From: Wickerhamiella versatilis
Lineage: Eukaryota
Length of the DNA: 64,000 bases
Assembly (NCBI GenBank): GCA_030867685.1
Contig: JAQOWU010000001.1
Coordinates: forward strand, 806,001 to 870,000
Direction of reading: 5' to 3'
Shown: piece by piece, positions 41,636 through 51,959 of the stretch
Layout of the letters: the number at the start of each line of letters is the position of its first letter
Numbering within the stretch: the first letter of the stretch is position 1
The notes under the pieces: generated by a model
Databases searched by the model: none
What the model saw: only the letters and a program-made list of their open reading frames with translations
What the model was told of the DNA's origin: nothing
Made by a program: the position numbers and the translations under genes

Positions 41636-43282
41636 ATGCCTCGGAGTAGTAGGCAAAAGAAGAAGCCCTGCAATACCTGCAGCTACCGCAAGGTGAAATG
41701 CAATCGAGTGTCACCAGTGTGTGGGTCGTGTGCCCGGCTGGGTCTGTCCTGCTCGTTTAGTAGAAACGACGAGTTAAACAGTGGACCGAGCCTCCAGGAG
41801 GAGCTGGATAAGATTGAAGAACGTTTGGCTTCTATACTACGGGTGCATGATAGAAAGGCTTACATCCGAGACCATTTGTCGCAATCCACCAACGCGGGGA
41901 GGGTGCCTGATATTCTTGCACGCGAGCGCGGCATTGGCATTGGTGGCATAGAATGTGACCATAAAGGAGAGGGACCCGAATCCACTTTGATCCATACCAT
42001 TTTTGATATGAAAGCGGTGGCTGTAATCGGAGATCTTACGAACGACCCTGGTTTTGTTGATCGGGTCTCCGAAAGTCGGAAATATTATTATGAGTGTTAT
42101 GCGAGAAATTTTGAACACGTTAAGCCGCTGGTAGACTCCTCGGAACACCTCACCGAGGCCGAGATCTCTGAGGGCTTGGCACAATATTATGACCCAGAAC
42201 TTGCAATTGGGTCCCAACCCGTCATGTCTCTATACTTCACGCAAGAAGAAGTGAATTCCCCAGAAATCCATCCATTGATAAAGGATATTTATACATCGAG
42301 TGTTATGATCTATATCTTTCGGAGAATGGGAATCACCGGCAAAAAACTGTATCTTGCCCTTGCCCAGATTCTCCGGGCAACTTCAATATGCGGCCTCAGA
42401 CGTCCTTCTTTTAACTTATTTAAAGCAGTGTCGTTCTCTCTGCCTTTATTAGGGAGCTCATGCTCTCCCCCCATCGCTAATTTTGTCTGCACCATGGGAT
42501 GGGTAATGGCCTCTCAGTTAAGGCTCAATCGCGCGATCACGTATCAGTCAATGCCATTCCTACGGAGGATATCAATCCAGATGTGCTGGTACTCGTTTGT
42601 TGCGTATAGTATGCTTATGGAAATCTTAAGATTCAGGCCCCTGGGTAGCCATACCTGGGACTCTGACTTCCCTGTCCCTTACTGGGAACCTGCCGCGCAG
42701 ATTAAAAGCATCAATTATGTATTAGAACTGGGGAAATTTTACAATGAAAACTTCAGGTCTATCCGTATGGTGGCCACAACCTCTGAGGTGACCCCGTCCA
42801 TCAAGTCCTTAATCCATGACCTTGACGAGGGGCTGGAAAAAAGTTTTGAGCCAGTTGCACGCAATATGTCAGAATTGATAACCAATTTAGTCGAATATTA
42901 CAACCACGCTGCATACCTGTGCTATTGTTTACTCAAATTATGGATCTGGTCCAAGCTTGCTTTTTTCGAGCGCGACTTGGATGCCATTGAAATATGTAGA
43001 GTTGCAGCCCAGAATGTGCTGAAGTGCTCTTTAATTATTGCCAGAGGTTCGTACGGTATGACGTGGACCTCGGTGCAGGCCATGAATTCTGCATTCGAGA
43101 CCATGGTGTTATTATCAGTGAATTGTCCACAGGAGGACAACGCATTATTCCTAGCTCTCATGCAGCAAAGTATACAGCAGTTCCTGGAGGAATGGGGTCC
43201 ATCAGATTTAAAGGCGGGAACAACCCGCATATGGCAGACCCTCTTAGACAAATTATCGGCGTCAGTGTACCAGCCAGTCTGA
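41636..43282 (+). CDS. Zn2Cys6 transcription factor
   Basis: CNTCSYRKVKC......CGSC......C followed by a coiled-coil. First ATG is at 41636. Both ends may be altered by introns. Confidence 0.85.
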   Translation: MPRSSRQKKKPCNTCSYRKVKCNRVSPVCGSCARLGLSCSFSRNDELNSGPSLQEELDKIEERLASILRVHDRKAYIRDHLSQSTNAGRVPDILARERGIGIGGIECDHKGEGPESTLIHTIFDMKAVAVIGDLTNDPGFVDRVSESRKYYYECYARNFEHVKPLVDSSEHLTEAEISEGLAQYYDPELAIGSQPVMSLYFTQEEVNSPEIHPLIKDIYTSSVMIYIFRRMGITGKKLYLALAQILRATSICGLRRPSFNLFKAVSFSLPLLGSSCSPPIANFVCTMGWVMASQLRLNRAITYQSMPFLRRISIQMCWYSFVAYSMLMEILRFRPLGSHTWDSDFPVPYWEPAAQIKSINYVLELGKFYNENFRSIRMVATTSEVTPSIKSLIHDLDEGLEKSFEPVARNMSELITNLVEYYNHAAYLCYCLLKLWIWSKLAFFERDLDAIEICRVAAQNVLKCSLIIARGSYGMTWTSVQAMNSAFETMVLLSVNCPQEDNALFLALMQQSIQQFLEEWGPSDLKAGTTRIWQTLLDKLSASVYQPV

Positions 43283-43766
43283 AACGTTTCAGTAATCTTT
43301 CGTACTAACCTAATAATTTTTTTCTTATCCAGGCACCGACCACAAAGCGAGTATCAAGCCAGAATAAGCAATCAAATGTACAGGGTACGGGTAATGATGA
43401 TTCACTACCTGGGCTATCTTGCATTATCCAACCAGTCTCATTGCGTTATCATCATCCGTGGCCGTGGCCTTGAATGTGAACGTCATAATTTTCGTTGGAA
43501 GTTTTCTCATGATAATCGTGATGTCAATAAAAATCAGCTGGCATGCAAGATGCGCTCGAGACTGTAATGATAATTACAACCATACTAGTTTAGTTTATGG
43601 ATGTGCAGCATTGGTAGCAGGTGGTAGCTGCTAAAGGACACTAAACTTCTTCTTTCAGGCTGATATCGGCATCGACACTAAGAAGTTTACTTATTAATTG
43701 GTTGTGGTCGTCCTGGAAGATATTATCTCCATCGTATTCCTAGGGCTTAACTCCGTATTTCCATCT

Positions 43767-45374
43767 TTATATTTCTTCAGCGACCTCCAGTCTCTGTTTT
43801 TCTAGCGAAGTTTTTGATGATCCCGTTGCATAGGTTTTTCGGGCACCGCCGAACCACGAAACAATGCCGAAGATCACAGTGATGCCCACTGCAACGCAGC
43901 AATAATTCATATTTTCACCAGTCACTGGCAGCTCTGTGGGGAAGAAGAAGAAAATAATGCAGAATGTAAGATACAGCACGGCAGGAACGTGGCATACTGT
44001 AGTCCATCGACCGAGGTTGTAATAGCCCTTTGGCTTGCCATTCGGACAGAACATGTACGTGACGATGGGGAATAAATACGAGACATAAATCCCACAACTG
44101 GCCATATCCAGTACTGTGCCAAACGCGGCAGAACTGCCAAAGAGAATTGCGACAAATGCAAACTGGAAGCCAATACAAAGCAGGATGGCTGGAACGGGAA
44201 CTCCTAGCGTCGGAGAGACATACATCAGCCACTTGTTAAGTCCAAACGGAAATGCACCATCGCGTGCAAAGGCGTAAATTGATCTAGAGCCTTCAGTAAT
44301 GAGGGAGTTGGTGGACAAGCTCTCACAGAGAATAACAAACGATGTGAGCACTATTGCACCTGTCTTTCCCACGGCCTGATTGAACACTTCCACTATCGGG
44401 AGACCCGTAGCCGTGTCCGCAACACCTTCCAAATCGGTGAGGCTGAACAGCAATGCAATGATAAATGTGAGCCCGGTGACTATTCCGATAAAAATTGATA
44501 ATACCATGGCCCGCGGTGCATCTCGTGCAGCGTTCATAAGCTCCTCTGACATATGCGCAGGTGCGTCATACAAACACAAGCAGTATGCCACCTGCATGCT
44601 CCCTATGATAATCGTCATCCCCTTGTTCCATCCTGAAGTGTCAATGACTTTCGTGAACACGAGCGACGCAGGTTGGAAATCGGGCGCTGCACACGCCAGC
44701 GTTGTGATCATACAAACCAGAAACACCGTGATTGACCAGTAGAGGGCAAAAGTCGACATATAATGCAGAATCTTGTTGGCAAATATGTTGATTAGACCAA
44801 ACAGAACCAGGAATCCATAAAAAATGAGTGCAACCTTCCAGTTCGAGGGATCAAAACTCTCGTCTTTGCTGTTTAGCGTGGCCAAACCAGCAACAAAATA
44901 GCCCAGTTGCGGGCTTGCGCCCATGCACACCAGCCCTGCGAGTTGAATCCATCCACAGGCGTATGATATAGGCCGGCCCCACCTCGACTCCGGGCCTCCG
45001 GCAAGGAAAAGGCACCATGAATACTGCCCCCCAGACACCGGATATGCAGAGCAAATGTCCGCCAGTGATAAACCAACAAATATGGAGAGTACGCTGGCAA
45101 CTACCCATCCCCAAACTAAAGCTACGGGTCCGCCGTTTAAGAAAACTTGGCCTAATGTCCCCGCCACAGCTGTATAACAGGTCAAAATAGAAAAGCAAAA
45201 TCCCACCATAGAGATCAACGAGAAAGATCTCTTCAGTTCCTGCTTATAGCCGAGATCATTGAGAATAGCACTGTCAGCTGGAGGCACTCCGATGGAGCCG
45301 TACTCCAGGTCACCCGGAGGGGAGGCTACTACCGTATGCGATGATCCCGCCTTTTTTTTCTCTGACTGTTCCAT
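43767..45374 (-). CDS. APC amino-acid/choline transporter (HNM1/UGA4 family)
   Basis: LGYKQELKRSFS, GGPVALVWGW, SAYPVSGGQY, YDAPAHMSEE, SR.IYAFARD and NMNY. Confidence 0.9.
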   Translation of the reverse strand: MEQSEKKKAGSSHTVVASPPGDLEYGSIGVPPADSAILNDLGYKQELKRSFSLISMVGFCFSILTCYTAVAGTLGQVFLNGGPVALVWGWVVASVLSIFVGLSLADICSAYPVSGGQYSWCLFLAGGPESRWGRPISYACGWIQLAGLVCMGASPQLGYFVAGLATLNSKDESFDPSNWKVALIFYGFLVLFGLINIFANKILHYMSTFALYWSITVFLVCMITTLACAAPDFQPASLVFTKVIDTSGWNKGMTIIIGSMQVAYCLCLYDAPAHMSEELMNAARDAPRAMVLSIFIGIVTGLTFIIALLFSLTDLEGVADTATGLPIVEVFNQAVGKTGAIVLTSFVILCESLSTNSLITEGSRSIYAFARDGAFPFGLNKWLMYVSPTLGVPVPAILLCIGFQFAFVAILFGSSAAFGTVLDMASCGIYVSYLFPIVTYMFCPNGKPKGYYNLGRWTTVCHVPAVLYLTFCIIFFFFPTELPVTGENMNYCCVAVGITVIFGIVSWFGGARKTYATGSSKTSLEKQRLEVAEEI

Positions 45375-46873
45375 TCAGTCAGTGTAGGAAAACGTTATGC
45401 TATATAATGGGGCTATGCGATGACACATTTATCAGAGATAATACAGAGGGTTAGGTCTCTCTCGGTAAAAGTTACTAGGGGCGCGTAACCTTATTCTGAG
45501 AAAGAATTAGGCGTCTTTCAATTAGTCTCAGGATTCGGCATGCTGATTTAGTACTTGCCTGATCTATTATGGACTTACCTAGCCTCCAAAACAATATTTA
45601 CCTCTCAATTTGCTTTCTGGAAAGAAGAACATGGGTTCAAATGTGCTTATTAGTATGATTAGTTAAACAAGATATCACAAGTACGCTAGCAATTTCTACC
45701 GAATATCAAAGGTAAAACTCTCTTGTACGTCTTCATTAGAGCAATACTAGCAATATTTCTAATTTACTACTCATCCAGCAAAAGACTTAGAACTGTTGTG
45801 CCATGCTGGAGAATCTACTCTCAAACACTTCTTATTTTGAATAATATGGATGAGCTATGTATGTACTGGAATATCAGAGGATATCTTCCGAGGTAGCTCT
45901 TACCTTTTGAACTTCAATATTAGTGATATCCCTTTATCAGTCGTAGAAACTGTTGACTTCTTCATCAGTTCCAGGTGAATCATGACTGGAAACGATTTAT
46001 ATAAAATATTTTGGGTACGACTTGGTTGAAATTCAGTTTGCAACAGAAAAGCTGGTGTTGTAAAGTCATGTTGCAAGAAGTCCCTCTTATGAAACGTAAA
46101 TTAGCTACACAAGATAAGCTACTTAAGTAGATATTAGCAGTCTTCTGATATCACCTTAATTTTCTAATTTATCTTGTCATGTCCAGCAAATAGAATTTAC
46201 AAGGCGCGAGGTTGGCTGGATGAAGCGATATAAGCGCACTTGGTTTATCATACATTAAAAAACTGCCAGCCAGTTTCCCAATGATGAGAGGGGAACGGAC
46301 CTATATCTCACAACTTATGGAAACTACAAAATTGATTAGTGGTAATTGCATGGCAAACAGTGAGAAGTCCTGCACATCTTGGAAAGATTAATTTTTTTCC
46401 TCACTGGCTTTGCATAACATGATAACCGACCTAGTAAGGAAGCACAAAGGCATAGTATACATGATATGGTACATATCAACCTTAATTTTGAAAAAAAATG
46501 TTTTTGTCGTACTTAATTTCCCGTTGTTTTCCAATAGAGACACTCCCTAACCTCACTTGGAAGTAATGACAAATATAACAGGGGGACAAGCTTATCTACG
46601 GTCTCCGATCGGTACGCTTGGCTAGCAAGAAGTTCGTATCGAAATAGCATCAAGGTAGCGATTGAAGTTCGTAAAATGCAGTTTTTATCAACATTTATCA
46701 TGTATAGAAGTAATTAGGGTTTATTGAAAGGTTCTGAACCCCCTAAATACCCTGCTCGTATCATTTTTGGTGGAACACCGACGGTCTTCGAGGACCCGCA
46801 GATGGCGCTGACTCAAATTCGGTATTTGAACTAGCTGCTTGGATAGCAACGTGCAATTCAACAGAAGCAACTT

Positions 46874-47929
46874 ATGACCAGTGAAGTATTGCTGCCTCTA
46901 TCCGACAATGGTCTGCCAGCAGCTGCTGGAGCTGCTATTTCCCAGCCAACTCCGAAGAGGAAATGGAAATACCAGCCGACAAAGGTGAAATTTGATCCAA
47001 GAAAGCATTTAGATATCGGATCACCATCCTGGAAAAAGACAATGAAAGATTTCGGGTATGAAAAGCATGATGGCATCAGTGATTTTGCCGCTGCCGAGCC
47101 TTTTCGCATGTTTAGCGACGAGGCTATCCGACTAATCCGAAACGATATACTGTCTGAACCTGTCCAAGAAAATCATGTTATTTGCTGTGAAAGAAATCCC
47201 TACATGCTTCGTGGCTACGCCCATAAGCATACACCTTTCATATACGAGGCCTGTACCCACCCAAGCGTGCTCAAGGCTATTTCCGACGTGGTTGGAATTG
47301 ACCTCGTCCATGTTCATGATTATGAAGTGGGGCACACGAACATACAGCTTGGACATAAAGGAAGAGAGGGAGTTCGGGAGCTATCCGATACGCCGACTCT
47401 TCCCCTACCTCCTTCAGAGAGATTGGAGCCGAGTCAATATGATAATCGAATGGTTGATGATTGGCACTTTGACCAGGTGCCGTTCGTTGCCGTTTTAATG
47501 CTCTCCGACACAACTGGTATGGAGGGTGGTGAGACGGCTGTCATGGCAAGGGATGGTACGAGGGATGTGGTCCCAGGACCATCATTTGGAAAAGTTGCGG
47601 TTTTGCAGGGTTCCAAGGTCAAGCATGCAGCATTACGTGCTTTGAACTGCCCGGAGCGCATTACGTTGGTACTAAGTCTACGCCCGCGGGATGTATTTGC
47701 AGAGGATTCTACGAACCTATCAAACGGGAGGGACCATGATGATTGGGATAGTGTGGGAAAATCGTGGCTCGACTACCGGTTTCAGATTCTCGAGGAGCGA
47801 TGTAGACTTGAGCGAGAAAGACTGCGCTCTGCAGACAAATTTGATAAGGACGAGGTCATTAAGTTCTGCAAGTCACAGATAAATTATTTCGAGTTCACGG
47901 CCCGTGAGCTTTTCCCCGATTTTGAATAA
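46874..47929 (+). CDS. Conserved fungal protein with a probable Fe(II)/2-oxoglutarate dioxygenase fold
   Basis: FDPRKHL, AEPF..FS.EAI, WHFD (HxD), GGET and LQG..VKHAAL...ERITLVLS.RP (distal His, Arg). Confidence 0.65.
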   Translation: MTSEVLLPLSDNGLPAAAGAAISQPTPKRKWKYQPTKVKFDPRKHLDIGSPSWKKTMKDFGYEKHDGISDFAAAEPFRMFSDEAIRLIRNDILSEPVQENHVICCERNPYMLRGYAHKHTPFIYEACTHPSVLKAISDVVGIDLVHVHDYEVGHTNIQLGHKGREGVRELSDTPTLPLPPSERLEPSQYDNRMVDDWHFDQVPFVAVLMLSDTTGMEGGETAVMARDGTRDVVPGPSFGKVAVLQGSKVKHAALRALNCPERITLVLSLRPRDVFAEDSTNLSNGRDHDDWDSVGKSWLDYRFQILEERCRLERERLRSADKFDKDEVIKFCKSQINYFEFTARELFPDFE

Positions 47930-48226
47930 GCTTAAAATAAATGCTAACTATACAACAATTGAGGTTTCCATCTGTTACTATGGCACAATCCAAATGCATC
48001 TATCTGCTTATTTGGCTATTACAGAATCATATCGCAGTCCGATAGAAAGGTGGTGTGTGTGCAGCAAGGCTATTATACATTGCTGGGAGAAAATAAACTA
48101 AGCTGGGCAAATAATCTGGACACATATTCAACTTTTTACTTAATCTCCTATATACACAATCTCCGCTTTTTTCGGATATCGATTACAAATTCCTTCTATC
48201 TCCATACAGGAAGGGAGAATACACTG

Positions 48227-50032
48227 ATGTCGGGGACTGAACCGGTAGATACCTGTGTGAACCGGCAAATTCCCTATCAAAGAACGAAAACAGCATGCCT
48301 CAATTGCCGAAAGCGTAAAAGTAGGTGCGAGTTTGACAGGGAAAACGATACCTGCAAGAGATGCCGTGAGTACCATTTATCCTGCGATGTGCCCGAATTT
48401 CACAGGAGGGGTGGCTACGCAAATGTGATCGCTGGGAGAATCAAATCCAAAAAAAATGGGGAAGGCAAAATGTATAGCGGTGACAGAACGAATCCTATAC
48501 TTTCCAAAAGTGAGGTACTGGCTAATGAAATGTACAATGCAAATGATGCCATAGAAATACTAAATCGGGCATCCTTTAAGCCCAATGGATTCGCATCCCG
48601 TGCTATGAAGCCTTCAAATGCGTTGCCATCTGTCTCAGCCATTGGGGATATTTCCCTAAATGGACCGAGAAACGGGATTTTTTCAGCACCTTCAGCAATT
48701 TTTGAAGGAATTCTCACCGCTGAAGAAACATTCGAAGCTGTAAACTTCTTTTTTTCTCAAATCGCACCCTTTTACGCCCCCTTCATACCATCTGAGTATC
48801 TCGATATGAAACGACTATCCCAAGAGCAGGTACTTTTCGCCGTGATTTGTCTTATTGGTGCTCGCCGTTACGATGTTAAGTCGCATTGCGTTATGCACGA
48901 AAAGTTATGGGAACGCTATTGCGAAATTTTGGGGAGATTAATGTTAGATTGCCCTGATTCTCAGGTGCCACCGCTATTATATGCTATGATTGTTATGACA
49001 GAGTGGTTTCCTGGAGTCTTTCTACGCCCTTCAGACACAGCTGGAGGCGCCTTAAGGAGTTATACCCGTATATGCTGGCCTATATATGGACACGTGACAC
49101 GACTCGCCCAATATACCGGCTATCTCGATCATGATATACCAGGAAAGCTTGCTGTTTACTACACAGACCATTTATTATCTTCACGATTAGGACAAAGGTC
49201 AATGCTAGACCACACATCCGATATGGAAAGTCAATTTCCATCTGAAGCCCTACCCCATTGTTCGATAGGCTGCAGGGCAAGAGTGGATCTACTGAAACTA
49301 TTTCATTTAGTTAACCACACTCTTTACCGTTCTCGAAAAGATACCAAAGAGCTGGTTAAAGCAGGTCACCATCTCCATATTTTGCGGTCTCTTCAGCCCG
49401 TCGTTGAGCGATGGAAGGTAGACTACTCTGAAATATTTCGCAGCAAGGCATGGCCTGATCGGGCGACCATCTTTGAATTTTGCCATTTCGAACTTTATTT
49501 GTATGCTGTAGTGCTCATACCTTGGCAAAGCTCTCGGTTTGGTATACTGGCATTAGAAGAAACACGAGAATTTCTTAACATTGCGATAGATGCTGCCAAA
49601 TACATCGTACGCCATGAGACATCTCCTGATCGGCCGGTTCGATTGGAGTACTCGCCAATAGGATGGATCACACGCCTTCTTCATGCATCAGTGTTCCTGT
49701 CGAAAACTTTATTAATCCCTTCGATATGTCGGACAGCAGAGGAACAGAAAAATATTATTAGCACGCTTCGAAAAGCTGCCACGGTAATGGCAGTTTTACC
49801 ACCGGAAGATCATTATATTTATTCAAGGCCTATAAACAGAATGCTCGACAAGTTTGAAAGTCAGAGAGCCGCGCGTGAGTCAACATCCTGGTCCCATAAT
49901 GGAGACTCTCCTGACAGTGTTCATTCAAGATCCTCTGGAGGTGCATCCAATAACAATGGAAATATTTGGGATATGCTTTTCAATGATGAAGTTTTCCGAG
50001 CTTTGGATGGCGTTGATAACCTTGCAATATGA
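48227..50032 (+). CDS. Zn2Cys6 transcription factor, ARO80-like
   Basis: RTKTACLNCRKRKSRC........CKRC......C....RRGG, later MTEW.P and RLG motifs. First ATG is at 48227. Confidence 0.85.
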   Translation: MSGTEPVDTCVNRQIPYQRTKTACLNCRKRKSRCEFDRENDTCKRCREYHLSCDVPEFHRRGGYANVIAGRIKSKKNGEGKMYSGDRTNPILSKSEVLANEMYNANDAIEILNRASFKPNGFASRAMKPSNALPSVSAIGDISLNGPRNGIFSAPSAIFEGILTAEETFEAVNFFFSQIAPFYAPFIPSEYLDMKRLSQEQVLFAVICLIGARRYDVKSHCVMHEKLWERYCEILGRLMLDCPDSQVPPLLYAMIVMTEWFPGVFLRPSDTAGGALRSYTRICWPIYGHVTRLAQYTGYLDHDIPGKLAVYYTDHLLSSRLGQRSMLDHTSDMESQFPSEALPHCSIGCRARVDLLKLFHLVNHTLYRSRKDTKELVKAGHHLHILRSLQPVVERWKVDYSEIFRSKAWPDRATIFEFCHFELYLYAVVLIPWQSSRFGILALEETREFLNIAIDAAKYIVRHETSPDRPVRLEYSPIGWITRLLHASVFLSKTLLIPSICRTAEEQKNIISTLRKAATVMAVLPPEDHYIYSRPINRMLDKFESQRAARESTSWSHNGDSPDSVHSRSSGGASNNNGNIWDMLFNDEVFRALDGVDNLAI

Positions 50033-50239
50033 TCGAAATGTCCTGATCCTATTCTATCAGAATCTCTACCATCCAATTGCCATTTTAATTCAGGAGAGCT
50101 AACAAAAGAAGTAGAAACAAATGATATAAGAGCATATCTAGAAAGGCTTAGGAAATACAATGGGCTAGGGCATACTTTGCTAGTTGCTTTGCGTATATAA
50201 TAATGATAGTCTAGAAAATTGGGAACACAGGGTCACCAC

Positions 50240-50470
50240 ATGCCGCACGTAGTTTTAAAGCTCTGGAAGGGAAGATCGGATGAGACGAAAACAAAAATCG
50301 CTGAAGCAATCGCCAAAGCTGCGCATGAAGCTACGGGCAGTCCAGAAGAGACGATCAGTGTAAGCATTGAAGATTACCCTAAGGAGGAATGGATGGAGAA
50401 GGTATACTATCCTCAAATAATGGACAAGCAGGACACTCTATACGTAAAACCACAATATGATAATATTTAG
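50240..50470 (+). CDS. 4-oxalocrotonate tautomerase family protein (PptA/YdcE-like)
   Basis: ATG at 50240 gives MPHVVLKLWKGRSDETK, exposing catalytic Pro-1. Also ISVSIED...EW..KVY.P.I......LY.KP.Y; 76 aa. Confidence 0.9.
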   Translation: MPHVVLKLWKGRSDETKTKIAEAIAKAAHEATGSPEETISVSIEDYPKEEWMEKVYYPQIMDKQDTLYVKPQYDNI

Positions 50471-51959
50471 TCATAGAAATCTGACCGAGGTGTATGGTGT
50501 AAGAGCTTAATTCAGAAATTGAGTTGCCCGCAGCCATCGTCTGTCGTTACGCTTATTGGCTATCAGCGCCTATATACGCACTATGCAGTGGTAATCGTCC
50601 CGCTGGTGCTGGTATAGTAATAAACAATGCACTTGTAGACAATATTCGAGAACTTCGATGTTAGTGACCAAATAACGTTAAATGATGTGTTTTATACAAT
50701 TTTTTGCTTAGGAAACAATTTTCATCTCGATGCAGTGAATCATAGTAAATCTTGGGTCCTATTTAGTAAATTACTCATAGACTGACCGGTTAGAGTGTCG
50801 TAGATACGTAATGTGCCCTGCCCCACACTAGGCTAGATGATGATAATAATTTTCAGAGTAGTTTTGACTTATTCGATCACTTCTTTGGCTCATATGGATG
50901 CTCTAAAAGCAGAAAAAAGCCCAAAATTATATATTTAGAATTGATATTACAAGCTCGATAGATCCAGGATTCACCAAAATGTTTGGCGAATTTTTCATAG
51001 CAAATTATGACGCTCCATACCTATGCCTAGCTTTCGCATCTTTTCATATATTCCTGAAATAATGTGATTTATGTAGTTTCGTGTTGTGATTCCCCTATGA
51101 TAGCGTATAGGTGTAGCCGGGAAAACAATCTGGTACTGAAGAAAATAAAACCTCCATATAATGAGTATTGTTTTCTTATAGCTCTAGGGCTATTTATTTC
51201 TACTCACCTAAAGTCATAGGTAGGTCACTAGAGGTTGGGCTGAGCTGACGGTACAATTACAAATTCTTGGATTGTGATTCAAAGTCGAAGATTTGGGGTG
51301 AAGAACTTTGGGAAGATTTTGAAACTGTCAGTATTTATAATTTTCATTGTTTCAGAAACTCGTAATTTTGCTCAGGATTTTTTTCGATAAGCTCAATGCT
51401 CAAGAACCAGATAAGTGACCTGATTTGATATGCTACACACTGAAAAACTATATTACTTGCGTGAAAATACGAAAGTGCCTCTTGAAAAAAGCACGTAAAA
51501 CTTACTGTATTACAAAGGCCATTGTGAATTAACGAAACAGAAGTTTTCCAACGAGTGGGATCGGGCCCTGGCCTGATTATGTTGCAAAGAAACCAATCTT
51601 TACAACTACAACAGCCCAAAACTCATTTAAATTTGCTATACTGTTGGCGGGGTTGCAATTTGATTAGCTGTGGGCTGCACAGGAATTGGGAAATTTTACT
51701 GGTGGAAGCATAACCTTATTATGAGGCAGGTACAGACGGAATCAACGCAGTGCTGGCTGTGTAGTTTGCATCAGCTAATTCAGACTTCTAAAGTATCCAA
51801 ACGTATATTGATATGGAAACTGTAGCACAGACATAGCTAAAATATCATTTAAGACCTTACAGATGAAATGATGATCCAGTTTGATCTAGAAACAATTTTG
51901 AAAATTAGCTTTGTGGCATGGGGGGTTTATATGATCAATAATTCGTTGAACCCCGAAAG

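Noticed and set aside
45400-46850. Long intergenic stretch with coding-like patches on the minus strand
   Set aside because: No family recognisable. A tBLASTx search would be needed to call a pseudogene.
50500-51950. AT-rich 1.4-kb gap with short broken frames, as a possible relic gene or LTR
   Set aside because: No terminal repeats, target-site duplication or identifiable protein motif seen.
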